Origin: Tricharina praecox
Taxonomy: Eukaryota
Reading direction: 5' to 3'
Assembly: GCF_024521635.1 (NCBI RefSeq)
Contig: NW_026250416.1
Coordinates: forward strand, 124,001 to 188,000
DNA: 64,000 bases
A program made the position numbers and the translations under genes. Shown here piece after piece: positions 28,589-41,391 of this stretch. A model generated the notes under the pieces. It was not told the DNA's origin and did no database searches. It was given only the letters and a program-made list of their open reading frames with translations. How positions within the stretch are numbered: position 1 is the stretch's first letter; the number at the start of each line of letters is the position of its first letter.

Positions 28589-30479
28589 GGCTCGAACCCT
28601 TAACCTGCTGAAACCGAACCGACTGCGCTGATGAATGCCGGTCGATGCTGCTCGCTGCTCACCACATATCCACTGCCCGCTGCCCGCTGCTGCACGAGAA
28701 GAGCAAGAGGTCGGGACCGTGCTTCATGTCGCCGACCAGTCGCCAACGCCCGACGCAAGTCCCCAGGAAAGGAGCATTGCCCCGAGAGAAGAGGGCAGTC
28801 TATCGCCGCAAAAAGTATTCTCGTCTGCTTCGAGGAGAGCGGATAGAGAGGCAGCTGGAGGAGATCCGTCAGACGTTTCCAACCACTTCCCTATGCGTGT
28901 CGGATCGCGTACGTAGTGGGCGGCTGCCCGGCGCCCACGCTCGTCGAGTGGGCGGCCATGGATTCCACGCAGCACGCAGATTGGGTGCAGTGTGCTCTGT
29001 GCTCTGTGCACTGTGCACTGTGCACTGTGAACAGCGGTACATGATGGATAAGTACTATACTTTCCATCGCCGCAGTGCGTGCACAGCAGTACATGGTGGA
29101 TAAGTACTATACACTCCATCGCCACCGTGTGCTTGACATGCTTGGACGTATGGGTCGAGTATCTATACTGCAATTGACTAGTAACCAAGTATCATGTATC
29201 TCCATATTTACTCCACCTTCTCAAAGTGATGTTGCGGATCCACCTCCCATCTCCCACCTCTCACATCTCACCTCCCACATCTTTTGATTTTATTTCGTTT
29301 TTCGCTCTTTCGGTAGTTTCGAATAATAGGCAGAGTATTTCCCTCTCCCCCCCCGCCCTTCCCCCAGTCGATGCCAGCGCTGCTCTCCCTTTCCCTCTCG
29401 TTCTGTTTCTCGGTTCGTGGGTCCGTCGCCAAGGATAAGAGACACGATCCGGCCGCAGCGCAACTGATGGTTAGCACCGAGGAAGGCCCGAAAAGAGGCG
29501 TGCGGACGGAAGTGTTCGACCATGCTAGTTTAGAGTACTGAGTAGTGTGCTCTCTGCTCTGGAGTCTGGAGGCGTGCAGGTGCGATTGGAGAATCTGAAG
29601 TGAAGAAAAAAAGACACCCATCTTTTTTTTTCCGGCGTGCAGAGTTCATCCATCGTGACATCGAAAGCGCCATCGTTCGAATTCATCCTCCTCGAAATGA
29701 AGAAGAAGAAAAAAAGGAAGAGAAAAAAACTGTGGTGGTGGTGGTGGTGGTGGTGGCAGAGTCGACTAATTTCTGCATGCGTGGCTATGACGGAATGAAA
29801 GAGCCCACACGCCCGAGATGGAGAAACGGGAGGAGGAGCAAGCAACAGGCAACTTGCCTGCTTTCTCGCTTGCTTGCCGGCACTCTAATCTCATGGAATT
29901 TAGTTTGACTATCTTGGAGTGACGACGAGGCACGACCGGGGCGCGTGTTTATCCGACCAGGATTCTCCAAAGGACTTGGCCCCCATCTTATCTAATCGCA
30001 TCTGCCCAGCTCAGCTCTACTATCTCCGAGCGCGGGGCACCCCCGTCGTGAACGAGAGGAGAGACCCTGGATTTCCGAGGGGTCTTAGGCGTCGCGGCGC
30101 GATGGCTGCCCACCCCCCCCATATTGTCCGGATCGATTGGCACTTGAGACCGGCTTTACGCAGGACCATATATACTCAAGCATCGACCTCCAAACGCGTG
30201 TTCCTAGACAATTTGAATGCTCAAAACCTGGAGATTGCGATTGCTTGGAGAACAGACAGATACGTACCTAGGCCGACCACTGGCTAGCGGGCTGCACACA
30301 TCCCCCCGGGTCATCCGGGATCATCGATATCCCCCATCCCACGAACCTCAATCCTGCCACGATCGCCCCACCAACCCCGCCATCCCTCCACACACCCCTC
30401 ATCACCACAACCCCCTCAATTCAAACTCGACCAACCCTTCATCCCAACCCCCAATCCATCGAACGAGAACCAGCCAGTC

Positions 30480-31591
30480 ATGGAGGACATCCACTCTCCG
30501 TCCGTCGCGGGCAGCTCTTCCATCGCCGCCGCCGCCGTAGCCCCGTCGACGCGTAATGAGGAAGATCCCACGAAAGCTCTCTTCGAGCTGATGGCGGAGA
30601 AGGACCGCGTGGAAGAGGAGCTCAAAGCTCTCGGTGCAGTTCTCGATTCGGTCGGTAGAATCCTTCGTCCTCTTTTGTCTGCACGATGAAGTCGTTCGCA
30701 CGCACTCGCACTCCCTTTACTGACGAATCGTCCCTCCAGCACAAAGTCAACATGAAAACATCTCTAACCACCTTCGACGGCTATCCCCGCGACGACATCG
30801 ATATCCCCCAGAGTAATAAAAAAAAATACCTCCCGCCCTTCATCGGAAACACCCACCCCTCCACCTCCCCCCCTCGTTCGCTCGCCCGCCCGCCCTGCCC
30901 CGCCTGCCTGAGACCACCACGGCTGATGTGATGAAATGTCTCACCCGCATATAGTCCGGCACACCCGAACGCGCATCATCTGTCTCCGAAACGACTACAA
31001 GGACCTGATGAAGCGGATCGAACTCGGGCTTCACGCGCACCACGCGCGCCTCGCCGCCGCTGCTGCTTCGGAGGAAACCGCGGTCGCTGCTGCCACGTCC
31101 ACGCTCCCGACTACTACCTCCACTACCACCACCGTCCGTACCACTGCCGCCTCTACTGCCGAAATCCACACTCCGTTTGCAAAGATCAACAGTGTGGCCG
31201 AGGGCAGTCCTGCCGCCGAGGCGGGAATGCAGGCGGGCGACTACATCAAGAAGTTCGGCTGGGTCCACGCGCTGAACCACGAGAAACTCAAGAAGCTGAC
31301 GGAATGTGTTGCGGCGAACGATGGGGTATGTAACACCCCTCCCTCCCTACCCCCCTTTTTTCATCACTCTAGAAAAGAAACCTCTTTTTCTTCGAAACGA
31401 CATACACAAAAAGGGGGATATGTTAACAGTTTGGCGATGCGTGTGCTCTTTCGTGCCGTCTGGAACAGCATCCGATAGCAGTTCTTCTCTCGCGCAAGGA
31501 AGCCGGATCGCTTGTCGAGCGGACTGTATCCATTGTTCCCAGGGCCTGGGCGGGGAACGGAAAACTGGGCTGTCACATACTTCCCCTCTAA
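30480..31591 (+). CDS. NAS2: 26S proteasome assembly chaperone Nas2/PSMD9 (N-terminal domain plus PDZ), 4 exons
   Basis: LMAEKDRVEEEL, SLTTFDGYPRDDIDIPQIRHTRTRIICLRNDYK, PDZ PFAKINSVAEGSPAAEAG, C-terminus WAGNGKLGCHILPL* (TAA at 31589-31591). Confidence 0.94.
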
Positions 31592-32193
31592 AGGTAAAGG
31601 GGGATGAGGTGAGACTGCTTGCTGGTTGAGGCGCGACTGTTGGTTGAGGTGCAAGATGTGCTGCAGTCTGTCGTGTCGTGTCATGACGTGCTACTACTTT
31701 GGGTTTGGGTTTGGTCGTAATGCTTTCTTGACTTGACCTGACCATTCATTGCTGCTCTCTCCTGCTCTCTCCTACTCTCTCCTGCTCTCTCCACAGCGGA
31801 ATGTAACCTCGGATCATACTCGGATACGAATGAGAAATGAATCAATGCTGTTTCACTTTGCTGTATGCTTGCTTGCTTGCTTTGCTGGAGGAACGATAGC
31901 GGCAGTAAGAAAAATGAGAAGAAACCATTTCGTGCTGGCATTGTAAGCACATCGAAAGAAAGAAAGAAAGAAAGAAAGAAGAAAAGAAGAAAGAAGAAGC
32001 GCAATAAGTCAACCCCGAGAACACCCGTGAACAAACCCATACTAAAAGACATGACTATTTATCCTCCGATAGATATCAACATCGTCATCCACGAGGAGGA
32101 ATATCTACTCTCCGGAACCCACCATACACACACAACCGTCCCATCGCATCGCACCAGCGCCATTACACACCAAGCAAGTTACCAACAGTCTTT

Positions 32194-33503
32194 CTAAGAG
32201 CCATCGACCTTCATGACGACACGACAATTCTCCGCCTCCTTCTTGAGGAAGGTAAAGACCGAGTTCGCAATACGGTCGCGAGCATTCTTTTTCCCATAGA
32301 CGCCTTTAATTGGGCCGATGCGCACACCGCGCTTCGGCGGGGCCCGCCGCAGCACCGCCGTGATGTCGTAGAGCGCCGGCGTGTGCTCGTCGCACGCAAG
32401 AATGTACTCCGGCAGGGACAGCCCGAGCTGCGGACACACCAGCGCCACCGTCTCGTGGATCGTGGCTGCCAACGGGATCGTGATCGTTGACCCGGGCTCC
32501 AGCGGCGGCGCCTTGCCTACGAAATTTGCGCCCGCTACGATTGCGGCGGCAGGCGTCGTCGTGCTCCGCTCGTTGGGTGGAGTCTTCTTCGCATCACCAC
32601 CACCACCCCCAGAACCCCCCGCGCTACCCTTCTTAACCGCGGCAGCAGGCGCGATCTGGTTCTCGTCGATGAAGGTCATGGCGGCCTTGGCGGCGTGGAT
32701 GCGCGCCTTCTTCTTGCTGGAGTGGAATTTCGTCTTGCTGCCAAACACCTTTTCGCTGCCTACCGTCTGGATCCCGCTCACTTGGCACGAGAACACGAGC
32801 GGTGTGGACGCTGCTGACTGGTAGTATGTGTATAGCGGCGCGTTCGAGTTGGGGCCGATTTGACAGTAGCCTGGTGGTTTTTGAGGTGTTAGTGGGGGGA
32901 CGGGGGAGCGGGGGATGGGGGGGGGGGCGTACTTGCTAACATGCCGACCCAGTTAACGGACTCCCCCGGCTCAGTTTTGGGATTGCTTGACGACTCTGGG
33001 GGATTCGCCAACTGCAGGCGCTCCAATTCCTCGGGCATAGATTTGAGCCATTCTATCGCGACGCCGCAGGCGGCCTCCTTCGCCAGCCTCTTATTCGGGA
33101 AGCAGCCTCCAGGCGGACGCAGGGTCTTCAGCTTGACGCCGGCAGACTTGCACTCGACCGTGATCGCCGACGCGAACGCCGGCACGCCGGACTCTGGCGT
33201 CGCGTCCTCCTCCGCGAACGAGACGGTGAGGAGGTACGGCCGGTACTCGCGCGACTGCAAAAGCTCGTACAGGTCCTTGACGTGCTGCGTCGTGATCGAG
33301 GTCGAGTGCTGGATCGGCTCGAGGGAGGGCGCCGGCGCGGGCGTGTTCCCCCGGTTCGGCGTCAAAGGCGGCGTCGTGAATGTTGCTAGCTCAGCACAGA
33401 ACTCGTCGATCGTGAGGAAGTTCAGGTCGAGGTTCGTCTTGTCGAAGTCGAATTCGACCACCGGGATCTCGGATGGCGGCGACTCCATTGTCGTGCGCGA
33501 CAT
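32194..33503 (-). CDS. Uncharacterised 415-aa protein with three dsRNA-binding-motif-like domains
   Basis: One intron at 32871-32932 joins two ORFs in frame. Repeats: HVKDLYELLQSR...FPNKRLAKEAACGVAIEWL; NWVGMLASYCQ...HSSKKKARIHAAKAAMTFI; VALVCPQLGLSLPEY...YGKKNARDRIANSVFTFL. Each ends in a KxxAxxxA helix typical of dsRBDs. Confidence 0.75.
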
Positions 33504-34889
33504 CTTAGGGGTTGGCGGTGGTGCGAATGAGGTTACTCGAGCGGCGGGCGGGAGTGGAATAGGATATATAGATAGAGGGGTTGCTCTAGTTAGTACCTAA
33601 CTGCGCGCTAGCTAGTGGGGTTGCGGGGTCCTCCCGCTGTTAGTTATAGTCTGTGCCAAGACAGGCAGCTATCAACTCTCACTCACAAGAAACAAAGAGA
33701 AGGGCACAGAACATGAGTACGGCGTGGAGAATGTGTGTTGTGGCGCTCACATTCCCGAACTGGACGTAGGGCTCATCGCCGGTCGGGGACAGCATGCACC
33801 TCTTAGTACTCGAGGCCGGCTGCCTACAGGTAGTTGCAATTGCAGCTCTCTCTGCTCCCGAAGTCGTACGTCCGATACGGCGGCTGGAGCGAACGGGAAT
33901 GTAGGATACTTGCATAGATGAACCACCTCACCCTTCCAGATACTCCTCATGGTCAACAGTTTCCGCTTTGTGAGGGGTCCCCTCCCAAGAACGTCACTGC
34001 TATCACTCACCCTCTACATCCAAGGCCAACAGAATTGACGCTGCGTTCTCTGTGAGTTACACTTCCTTCCACGGGGAATGTCCGTACTGATCCTCTATTT
34101 ATATCCCAGCCTTTCTGCTCCGGCACCTGATATCACTCACCCTCCACCCTCCGCCCGCAGACTCAGTCCCTCAAACTTCACAGCTTCGGAATGAACAATC
34201 TAGGTAACCGGCGGCGATGAATCGTTCCGACCGATGCCTAGATACATGTCTACGTCTCGTTTCGTTCCCTTCCCCTCTCCGTCCGCGACCCTGTGGGAAT
34301 GTGAGTGATTGCATTAGAAAAAGACTCAGGGAAATAGGTAGTAGAGTTTGAAGAATGATGGTACCCCCCCGGTCAGAGACTGGCCGGATCACATTACGTA
34401 TCGTGCGTAGAAAACCACGATCTCCTATCGGGTACCTTATCCACCGTTTCAGCCGAGGCTGGGCTGGGCTGTGCTAGATTTCCGGGGGGAAAACGAGTGA
34501 TAGTTAGTACATGCTCAACAGTGCGATAATTCTCGCCATTTACTCTGGAGTCTGGCCTCATCCACTACCTATTCTCGTCGGCAAATCTGCATGGAACTTG
34601 GAAGCGGGGGGAGAGCTCGAATGCGATGTTTAGAAGCTAGAAGCTAGAATGTATAGGAATTCACCACGGCTCCAGTCTCCCGAGGAAGAAGGGAATGTAT
34701 CGTATCATACACCCGCCCGGCCACTAATCAACCTCCCAGCCTCCGGGGCCGTGATCCAACCAATATCGAACACCAGATTCATATGCTTCCACCACCACGA
34801 GCACGCTGCTTCAATCGGCGCTACATAACCACACAACCACACATCCGCTGAACCGCCGAATCCCCACGTGGCCGCCAAGAGCCGCACCT

Positions 34890-34951
34890 TATCCCGATTC
34901 CCGATCATATCCCGATTCCCGATCATATCCCGATTCCCGATCATATCCCGA
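34890..34951. repeat. 18-bp tandem repeat TATCCCGATTCCCGATCA, ~3.4 copies
   Basis: Three exact units plus a partial unit. Confidence 0.9.
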
Positions 34952-35514
34952 CCATACCGAGCGACCATACCGAGTGCCATCCTATGAGTAACCAGGTATT
35001 CTGCGCAGTGCGCACGTCGTTGAATTTTTTTTGTGGCTTCCCCCTTCTTGGTGTGGTGGATCTGTTGAGCTTGAGACTCCCACTCAACGACATGATACAT
35101 TCTAGGTAAGGTAGATATACATTGCCGGGGATTGTATTTGTATTTGTGGCTTTACCCTTGAGGCTTGCAGCGATCGTGGGGCTGTGGATACTGGATGGTC
35201 ATCGATGCAAGGAGTTACTATACTAAGTACCTGGTAGTAGGTAGGGCGTTGATGAATATGTACGGACCTACGGGTGCGTCGACGGTCGACTTGGAGGCTG
35301 GAGGCTGGCTGGAGACTGGCATGTAGACAGTGGGTTACATATGCTCCCCTACCTGGCCGCAAGTCCCGTGGCGGCGGCGGCGGCGGGCATGAGTCATGAG
35401 TGCGTGAAGCAATCCCAAAGACTAAAGCCGTTATTATACCTAGTCTCTTCAGGCCTGAGGATAGTTAACCAAGAAACGAACCTGACTCGCCGTCGGAACC
35501 CGTACATACCTTAA

Positions 35515-35814
35515 GAGCCTGTTCGGGTGCCAGCTGCATTTTGAATCTATCACACAAAATTGAGATACAGTTTGAAACCCTTAGTTTCCGGGCGATGGGT
35601 GACCGTTCGGCACACCACCCCAAGTTAACAATTTGAGAAACTGCATATTTTCAACTGAGCCACAATACACATAAAAAAGTGTGCCGTGCTATTGGGTATC
35701 TGGGTTGCCGAACGGGTCATTAGGGGAATTGAGATTTTGCAGCTGCAGCTTTGGTAACCTTCGACTCGTCAAAACCGCGAATTTTTAAAATGCAGCTGGC
35801 AACCGAACTAACTC
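35515..35814. mobile_element. 300-bp degenerate PIF/Harbinger-like MITE
   Basis: Left end GAGCCTGTTCGGGTGCCAGCTGCATTTT versus reverse-complemented right end GAGTTAGTTCGGTTGCCAGCTGCATTTT: 24/28 identical. Flanks are TAA and TGA. Internal inverted sub-repeats TGACCGTTCGGCAC and TTGCCGAACGGGTCA. Confidence 0.7.
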
Positions 35815-38800
35815 TGATTAGAATTTGGCGGCCTGGTTGTTCGGAATAGGGTTAAGATTGAGGATTTGGATCTGGAGGTCACCCAATTGTTGGGCTATGA
35901 ACTATGAGTATGAACTATGAATTACCTATGAACTAGAAGAGAATCATAGAGTGTATGGTTAATGATATGATCGTAGGGAATGATTCAGCGGGTTCAATTG
36001 GGGTTTGAGGAAGTAGTCGTCGAACATGGGCTGAATTGTATCGAAGGCTCGAGGGCCTTTTACTATACGTGATTTGGTGAGGTGGATGATGGAACTCAAG
36101 TTGCTGGCTCTCGCCGTGGGGGGTCTGTTCGGAAGAACAAGAAGAAGAACAAGAAGAAGATTATGGTTTTCCGCATTCGATCAGTGACCATGATAGGGTT
36201 GACAACGCAGTCGACAAGAACCGAGTGCTCGCCGGTGTACCACTGCCACTACTACCACACCACTCCTCCGTGAATCGTGAAGCAAACTCCATGGAATCAT
36301 GAATGGATGGATCATACCCGACCGGAGGCCGGAGGCTGGAGGTTGGAGGCTGGAGGTTGGAGGCTGGAGGCTGGAGGCTGGAGTTACCGTAGCATCCAGC
36401 ATCCAGCCAAACACGCCGGCGGGCTAGGTAACCGTAGGTCGTATGTTAAAGGAGCGGCTTCAGCCTTCGAGAATCGAGAGAAAGAAAGGGAGCATTGACT
36501 ATTTTGACTATTTTGATTCTTCAAGCGCGCTGAAAAAGCCTAAGCCCAGGTGCGCCGAGGCGTACCGGCTTTCCACCCTGAGCTCAGCAACTCAGCAGCT
36601 CAGCTCAGCTCAACTCAACATCCATCCGAAACTTGTTCATGCGTCGGACGTATAGGTACCTTATAGGTGGGTATCTTAGGCTCAAGCTCAGGCTCAGGCT
36701 CAGGCTCAAGGCTACATACGTTGACTCTACTTTGCGTCGTGCTGGCTTCGTGCTGGCTCCTCGTCCGGCACGGAGGGTTTTGTTCGGATAAGTAGGACTC
36801 TGAGATAACTACTCTACAGAGGGCTCTCGGCTCATAAGTTGTGGCCATTGGTCAAAGGCCACATCGCCGCCGGCATGACAGAGTGCGAGGAATACGGTGC
36901 GGAGATGCTACACTTCGTGCTTGTGCTTGTGCTTGTGCTTGTGCTTGTGCTCAATCGCGAGCTCGAGCTTGAGGTGAGGAGGATGGGTGAAGGGTAGGAA
37001 GGAAGGAAGAAAGGAAGGAGCTTGGCTATGTGGCTTTCGACGACGTCGACGGATGGGAACTTGGGAAGAAAGCAGTTTTTCAAGATCACGGGGGAACTGC
37101 AGATGCGTGTGCCTATATAATAAAGCACCAACAGTAGATGGGGGGATGCAGTCGTTGCAGTTGTTGCGATTGTCGTTGTAGAGCCATCGGCAACCGTTGA
37201 GTAAAGCAGAGTAGACTACCGTAGAATAGAGTGCAGTGCGCGATGTCCAGGAAATATCTATATCCAATATAAACCCAGAGCCGCGTCTCGCACATACCTC
37301 ATACCTCATACCTCATACATCATACATCATGTATAAATACCCGAAGAGCTCGAAGATCATCACCTCGCACATCACCTCTAGGCTCTCGCCCATCGTTTCG
37401 CACAATTCGCACTCTCTCCATTGTCGGATTGTCCAATGCTGGATGCCTGCCTATAGAGTAGTACATATACCCGAGGTTTGATGTATCATACCTATGGAAG
37501 ATACCCGAGCCCACTCACATCCACCCACATTCATCCGTACATACCGGTACATGCCTACTACCGTACGTGCTCTACATACCGTAGCAAACGCAATCGGACC
37601 CGAAAAGGAACTCCGACGAATAGTGTCGTGAACCTCCCCCATTACATACACCTACCGGTACAGTATGTAGAACAGTGGAGTAGAGCACCCACTGAGACAT
37701 TCTGACGCGGACGCTGATCGGGAAGCTACTCTACTCCAACTAGCTGGATGTCGCGCGTGGAACCTCCCCTCCCCGCCGCCAGCCAGCCAGCTGCTGGTTC
37801 ATCAGATCAGATCAACAAACGTGTCTTTCGCAGTGTAGGTGTAGGTATACGGGAAGTGGGTATACATATAGGTGGGAAGTAAGTTAGGTATAGGAGGCAT
37901 GTAAGGTATGTCAGTACTTGCTTAGCCAGCCGTGGACCGTCTGGAATGTGTAGAATGGAGTTCCATGCAGATGGGACTTTTCTTTTTTCCCTTTCCTTTC
38001 CTTTTCCCTTTCCTTTCCTTTTCCCTTTCCTTTCCTTTTCCCTTTTTTCTTCTTTCCTTTTCCTACTTTTTTTCTTTCCTTTCCTTTTTCCTTTTTTCTT
38101 CTTTCCTTTTCCTACTTTTTTCTTTCCTTTCCTGTGAGGGGGAAGGGAGAGGAAGGGAAGGGAAGAACAGAAGGGGGGAAGAAGAGAAGGGAAGGGATTG
38201 GAAGGAAGGGTGGAAGGGAAGTGGGCTTCTGGAAACCACCAACGATACCTATCATGACGCCCGCCCTCCCTCCCCCGCCGCGACGTGCTCCCGTGACTGT
38301 CTTTCAACTGTGGTATCGAATGTACTCTAGACCGGGAGGGGGATGGTGTATGTATGAACTTATGTATGTCGAGGCAGGTAGATGTTAGACGCCGGTAGAT
38401 ACTTGAGTGTTGCTCGCGCTCACGCTTGCGACATAGGAAATTCCCGACATCCGAGAGCGTTAGAGCAGCTACATGTACCGTATGTAGTAGCACAACACAG
38501 GCAGCGACGACGACGATGTCATCCACAGGAAAGCATGGAGGAGCATGGAGGAGGAGCATGAGGCATGCCGTCAGCGACTCAGCGGCCTGCGGCCACGGCC
38601 CATCCGTGAGTCCTTTTTTTTTGATAGTCTACATACATCATACAGCTGACTAGGCCGGATGGGAGTGTTGTTGGGTAGTAGGTTGCGCCAGGGTACGTGC
38701 AGCAGCAGCAACTCGCGGTTTTGCCGGAGAGAGCTGAGGATACGGTGGTGGTGGATGTGGTGGATGTGGTGGATGTGGTGGATGTGGTCCTACACACATG

Positions 38801-40365
38801 CATATCATACATATCATACATATCATACATACATGCACTTTACGGGTACCTGTCTGACTGTATGTATGCAGCTGCCTATGCCGCCTGCTTGCGGAGCAGA
38901 GTGGAGCACTCAATTGGTCGTGCGAAGGCCGCCGCCGTCTTCCGCGCGGGCGGGCGGGAGGGCGGCCATTCGCAAGACACCCGTTGGGACAAAGGATGAT
39001 TGGTGGCCACATGAGGATTCTTACACGAGAAGAGGCGGTACTCTCGTGGTACCTGACGAAGAAGAACAAGTCTTATTTTTTCTTTTTCTTTCTCTCTTCA
39101 AAAGCACTCTACTGCAGCCCGGATCGGAGTCTCGGACCAATCATCTGGCCGGGGACGAGAAGCCCTTTTTGCATTTGAGGGCTGGGCTGTGCAGGTCAGT
39201 CAGCAAGCACCAGCGCAAGCACAAGCATAAAACGGATTACAGACAGCGGACGGCAGGGCAACCTCGTTCCGTCCAGCCATGAATCATGATGGCTTGGAGG
39301 CAGAGGCGAAGAGGGAGAAGACGAAGGGCAGCCAGACCTCTCAGCCGGAAGAGGGAATGCCCCAGGCCACCACCCCCTCACAACCACCACCACCATCGAT
39401 GATTGGGTGTGCGTTTCGCACCCGTTGCATCCAGAACAGACTTCAACAGTCACAGAAGACAAGACAAAGAGCGAGACGGCAGCTTCCGCTTGGCCAGCTG
39501 GTGTTCCGGGGCCAGTGGAGCGAGCTTTTCAATCTTTAAATCATTCTGCCGGCAATTTTATTATTATTTTAGGCTTCTTCTTCTTCTTCTCCTTCCTTTT
39601 ATTATTCTTATTCTTCTTCTTCTGCCCCGATGGCTCAGAATTCAGTGGCTCACCCAGCCAGTTGACCACAATTCCGGTGTTATTCCGACACCACTAGTAA
39701 CCACAGAAACGCCGAGGATCCATATGTAGGAAGAAGGAAGCCACCAGGCCACCTTCTGTTCTTCTCCTTGCTTCGCGGATTACACATGTGCTCGGCTTTT
39801 CCGCCTGTTGCGTTCAGTGTTGCGCACGAGCTGTGCTAAGGCATGTACTTCTTAGTTTTTTTTCCTCGGACCAAACGGGGCGCGGCGCGGGTGAACGCCC
39901 GGCCATGCGGGAGAATGGCTTTGTATGTGTGTACCAGTATGGTACATAGGCTACACACATACCGACATACATACAAGAGTCCACGCCTGTATGTGTGTAG
40001 GCGTGTATGTAGTTCGCCCGGCAGCAAAACATGGGCGGAGGATTTTTTGCGTCTTCCTGGTTCCGAAGCGGGGCGGGCTGGCTGGCTCGTGCCTGCGAAG
40101 ATCAGACCGTTGACGTTTAGGCCATTGTCCGTCCGCTCAGTCGTTCCCTCGTTCTGTCACTTCTGCCCTGTACTATCGACGACGGATCGATTGCGTAGAG
40201 TACTTAGGTATCCGCAAGGGTGGATTGGATTAGATAGCCGCCACGCTAGATCGGAGTGGAAGGGACTGGGACTGGGGGCCTGGGGGGAGGACAGAAGCCG
40301 AGAAGTGTGGATTGTTCTGGCTCTTGGGGAGAGGTGAAGGCTGAAGCAGGGTGGGAGGGATTTTA

Positions 40366-40427
40366 ATTCAAAAGTCCTTTTATTCAAAAGTCCTTTTATT
40401 CAAAAGTCCTTTTATTCAAAAGTCTTT
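40366..40427. repeat. 16-bp tandem repeat ATTCAAAAGTCCTTTT, ~3.8 copies
   Basis: Exact units start at 40366, 40382 and 40398; a partial unit starts at 40414. Confidence 0.92.
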
Positions 40428-41391
40428 CTATTTTTTATTTTTATTTTTTTTTAGTTTGTTTGTTTGCCTACCTTCCTGCTTGCCTGTCTGCTACCTGCCT
40501 TGCCTGTTTGTTTGTGTGCGCGCGTGCTATTTGGGGACCAATTGAGAACGAACTGTCGGCCAGTACCGTGCCCGGCTGTAGGTGCTACCTACACAGCTCT
40601 CGTAGATACCCTCAGAGTTGGCATTCTTCGTTGCCGTGAAGCCAGAGCATGAACGAAGGGATGGACCCAGCTGGCATGCTTGCACGCTCCGTTCAGGCAC
40701 GAAGACGATGGCGAACAAAATGTAGAAGAAGAAGAGGAAGCGGTAGCACACACAGAACAGATGCAACTCTGTACTCTACTTAACTTTTGACGGTGGTTCA
40801 TCGAAACTCTCGGCCTCTCTTCCTCTTCTTCTTCTTCCTCTTCTTCCTCTTCTCTCCTTCTTCCTCTTCCTCTTCTCCATCTCTTCATCTCGCTTCCTCC
40901 TTCCGCTTCCTTCTGCTTTTCTGCTTCCTTTCTGCTTCCCTTCTGCTTCCCTTCTGCTTCTTCTTCGTCGTCAAGAATCCCGTCCTTCCCTCGCCGCCTC
41001 GCTCCCCCCCCTTGTGCGGATACTGTGTTCTGTTTTACCGGTTGCGGCGTTGCTTTCTCGGTGCTTGTGCTCTCGTCTTCGTCGTTCCTCGTCGGTTTCC
41101 TTGCGCAATTTCCATTCGGCAATCACCATCACCCGTTGCTGCTGCTGCTTAGTACTACTTACTGCTCTTGCATTGCTCTCGCGGGCCTTCTTTCGGTTTC
41201 GGTGTCGATTCGGGTTTCACGCTTGCACAGTTGCCTCGTCTCACGTCGTCATCGCCCAAGTCAATTCTTCCCAACAACCCCCAGCCCAAGCCACCTTTTC
41301 TCCCACAACTCCACAACTCTTCCATCAACCCAACTCTTCCAAGCCAAAAAAAACTTCCCAATCTTCGGGAATTCTTCCTCCATCTCAACAG

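Noticed and set aside
40366-40427. Regular repeat as a CRISPR-like array
   Set aside because: Head-to-tail units without spacers, in a eukaryotic context.
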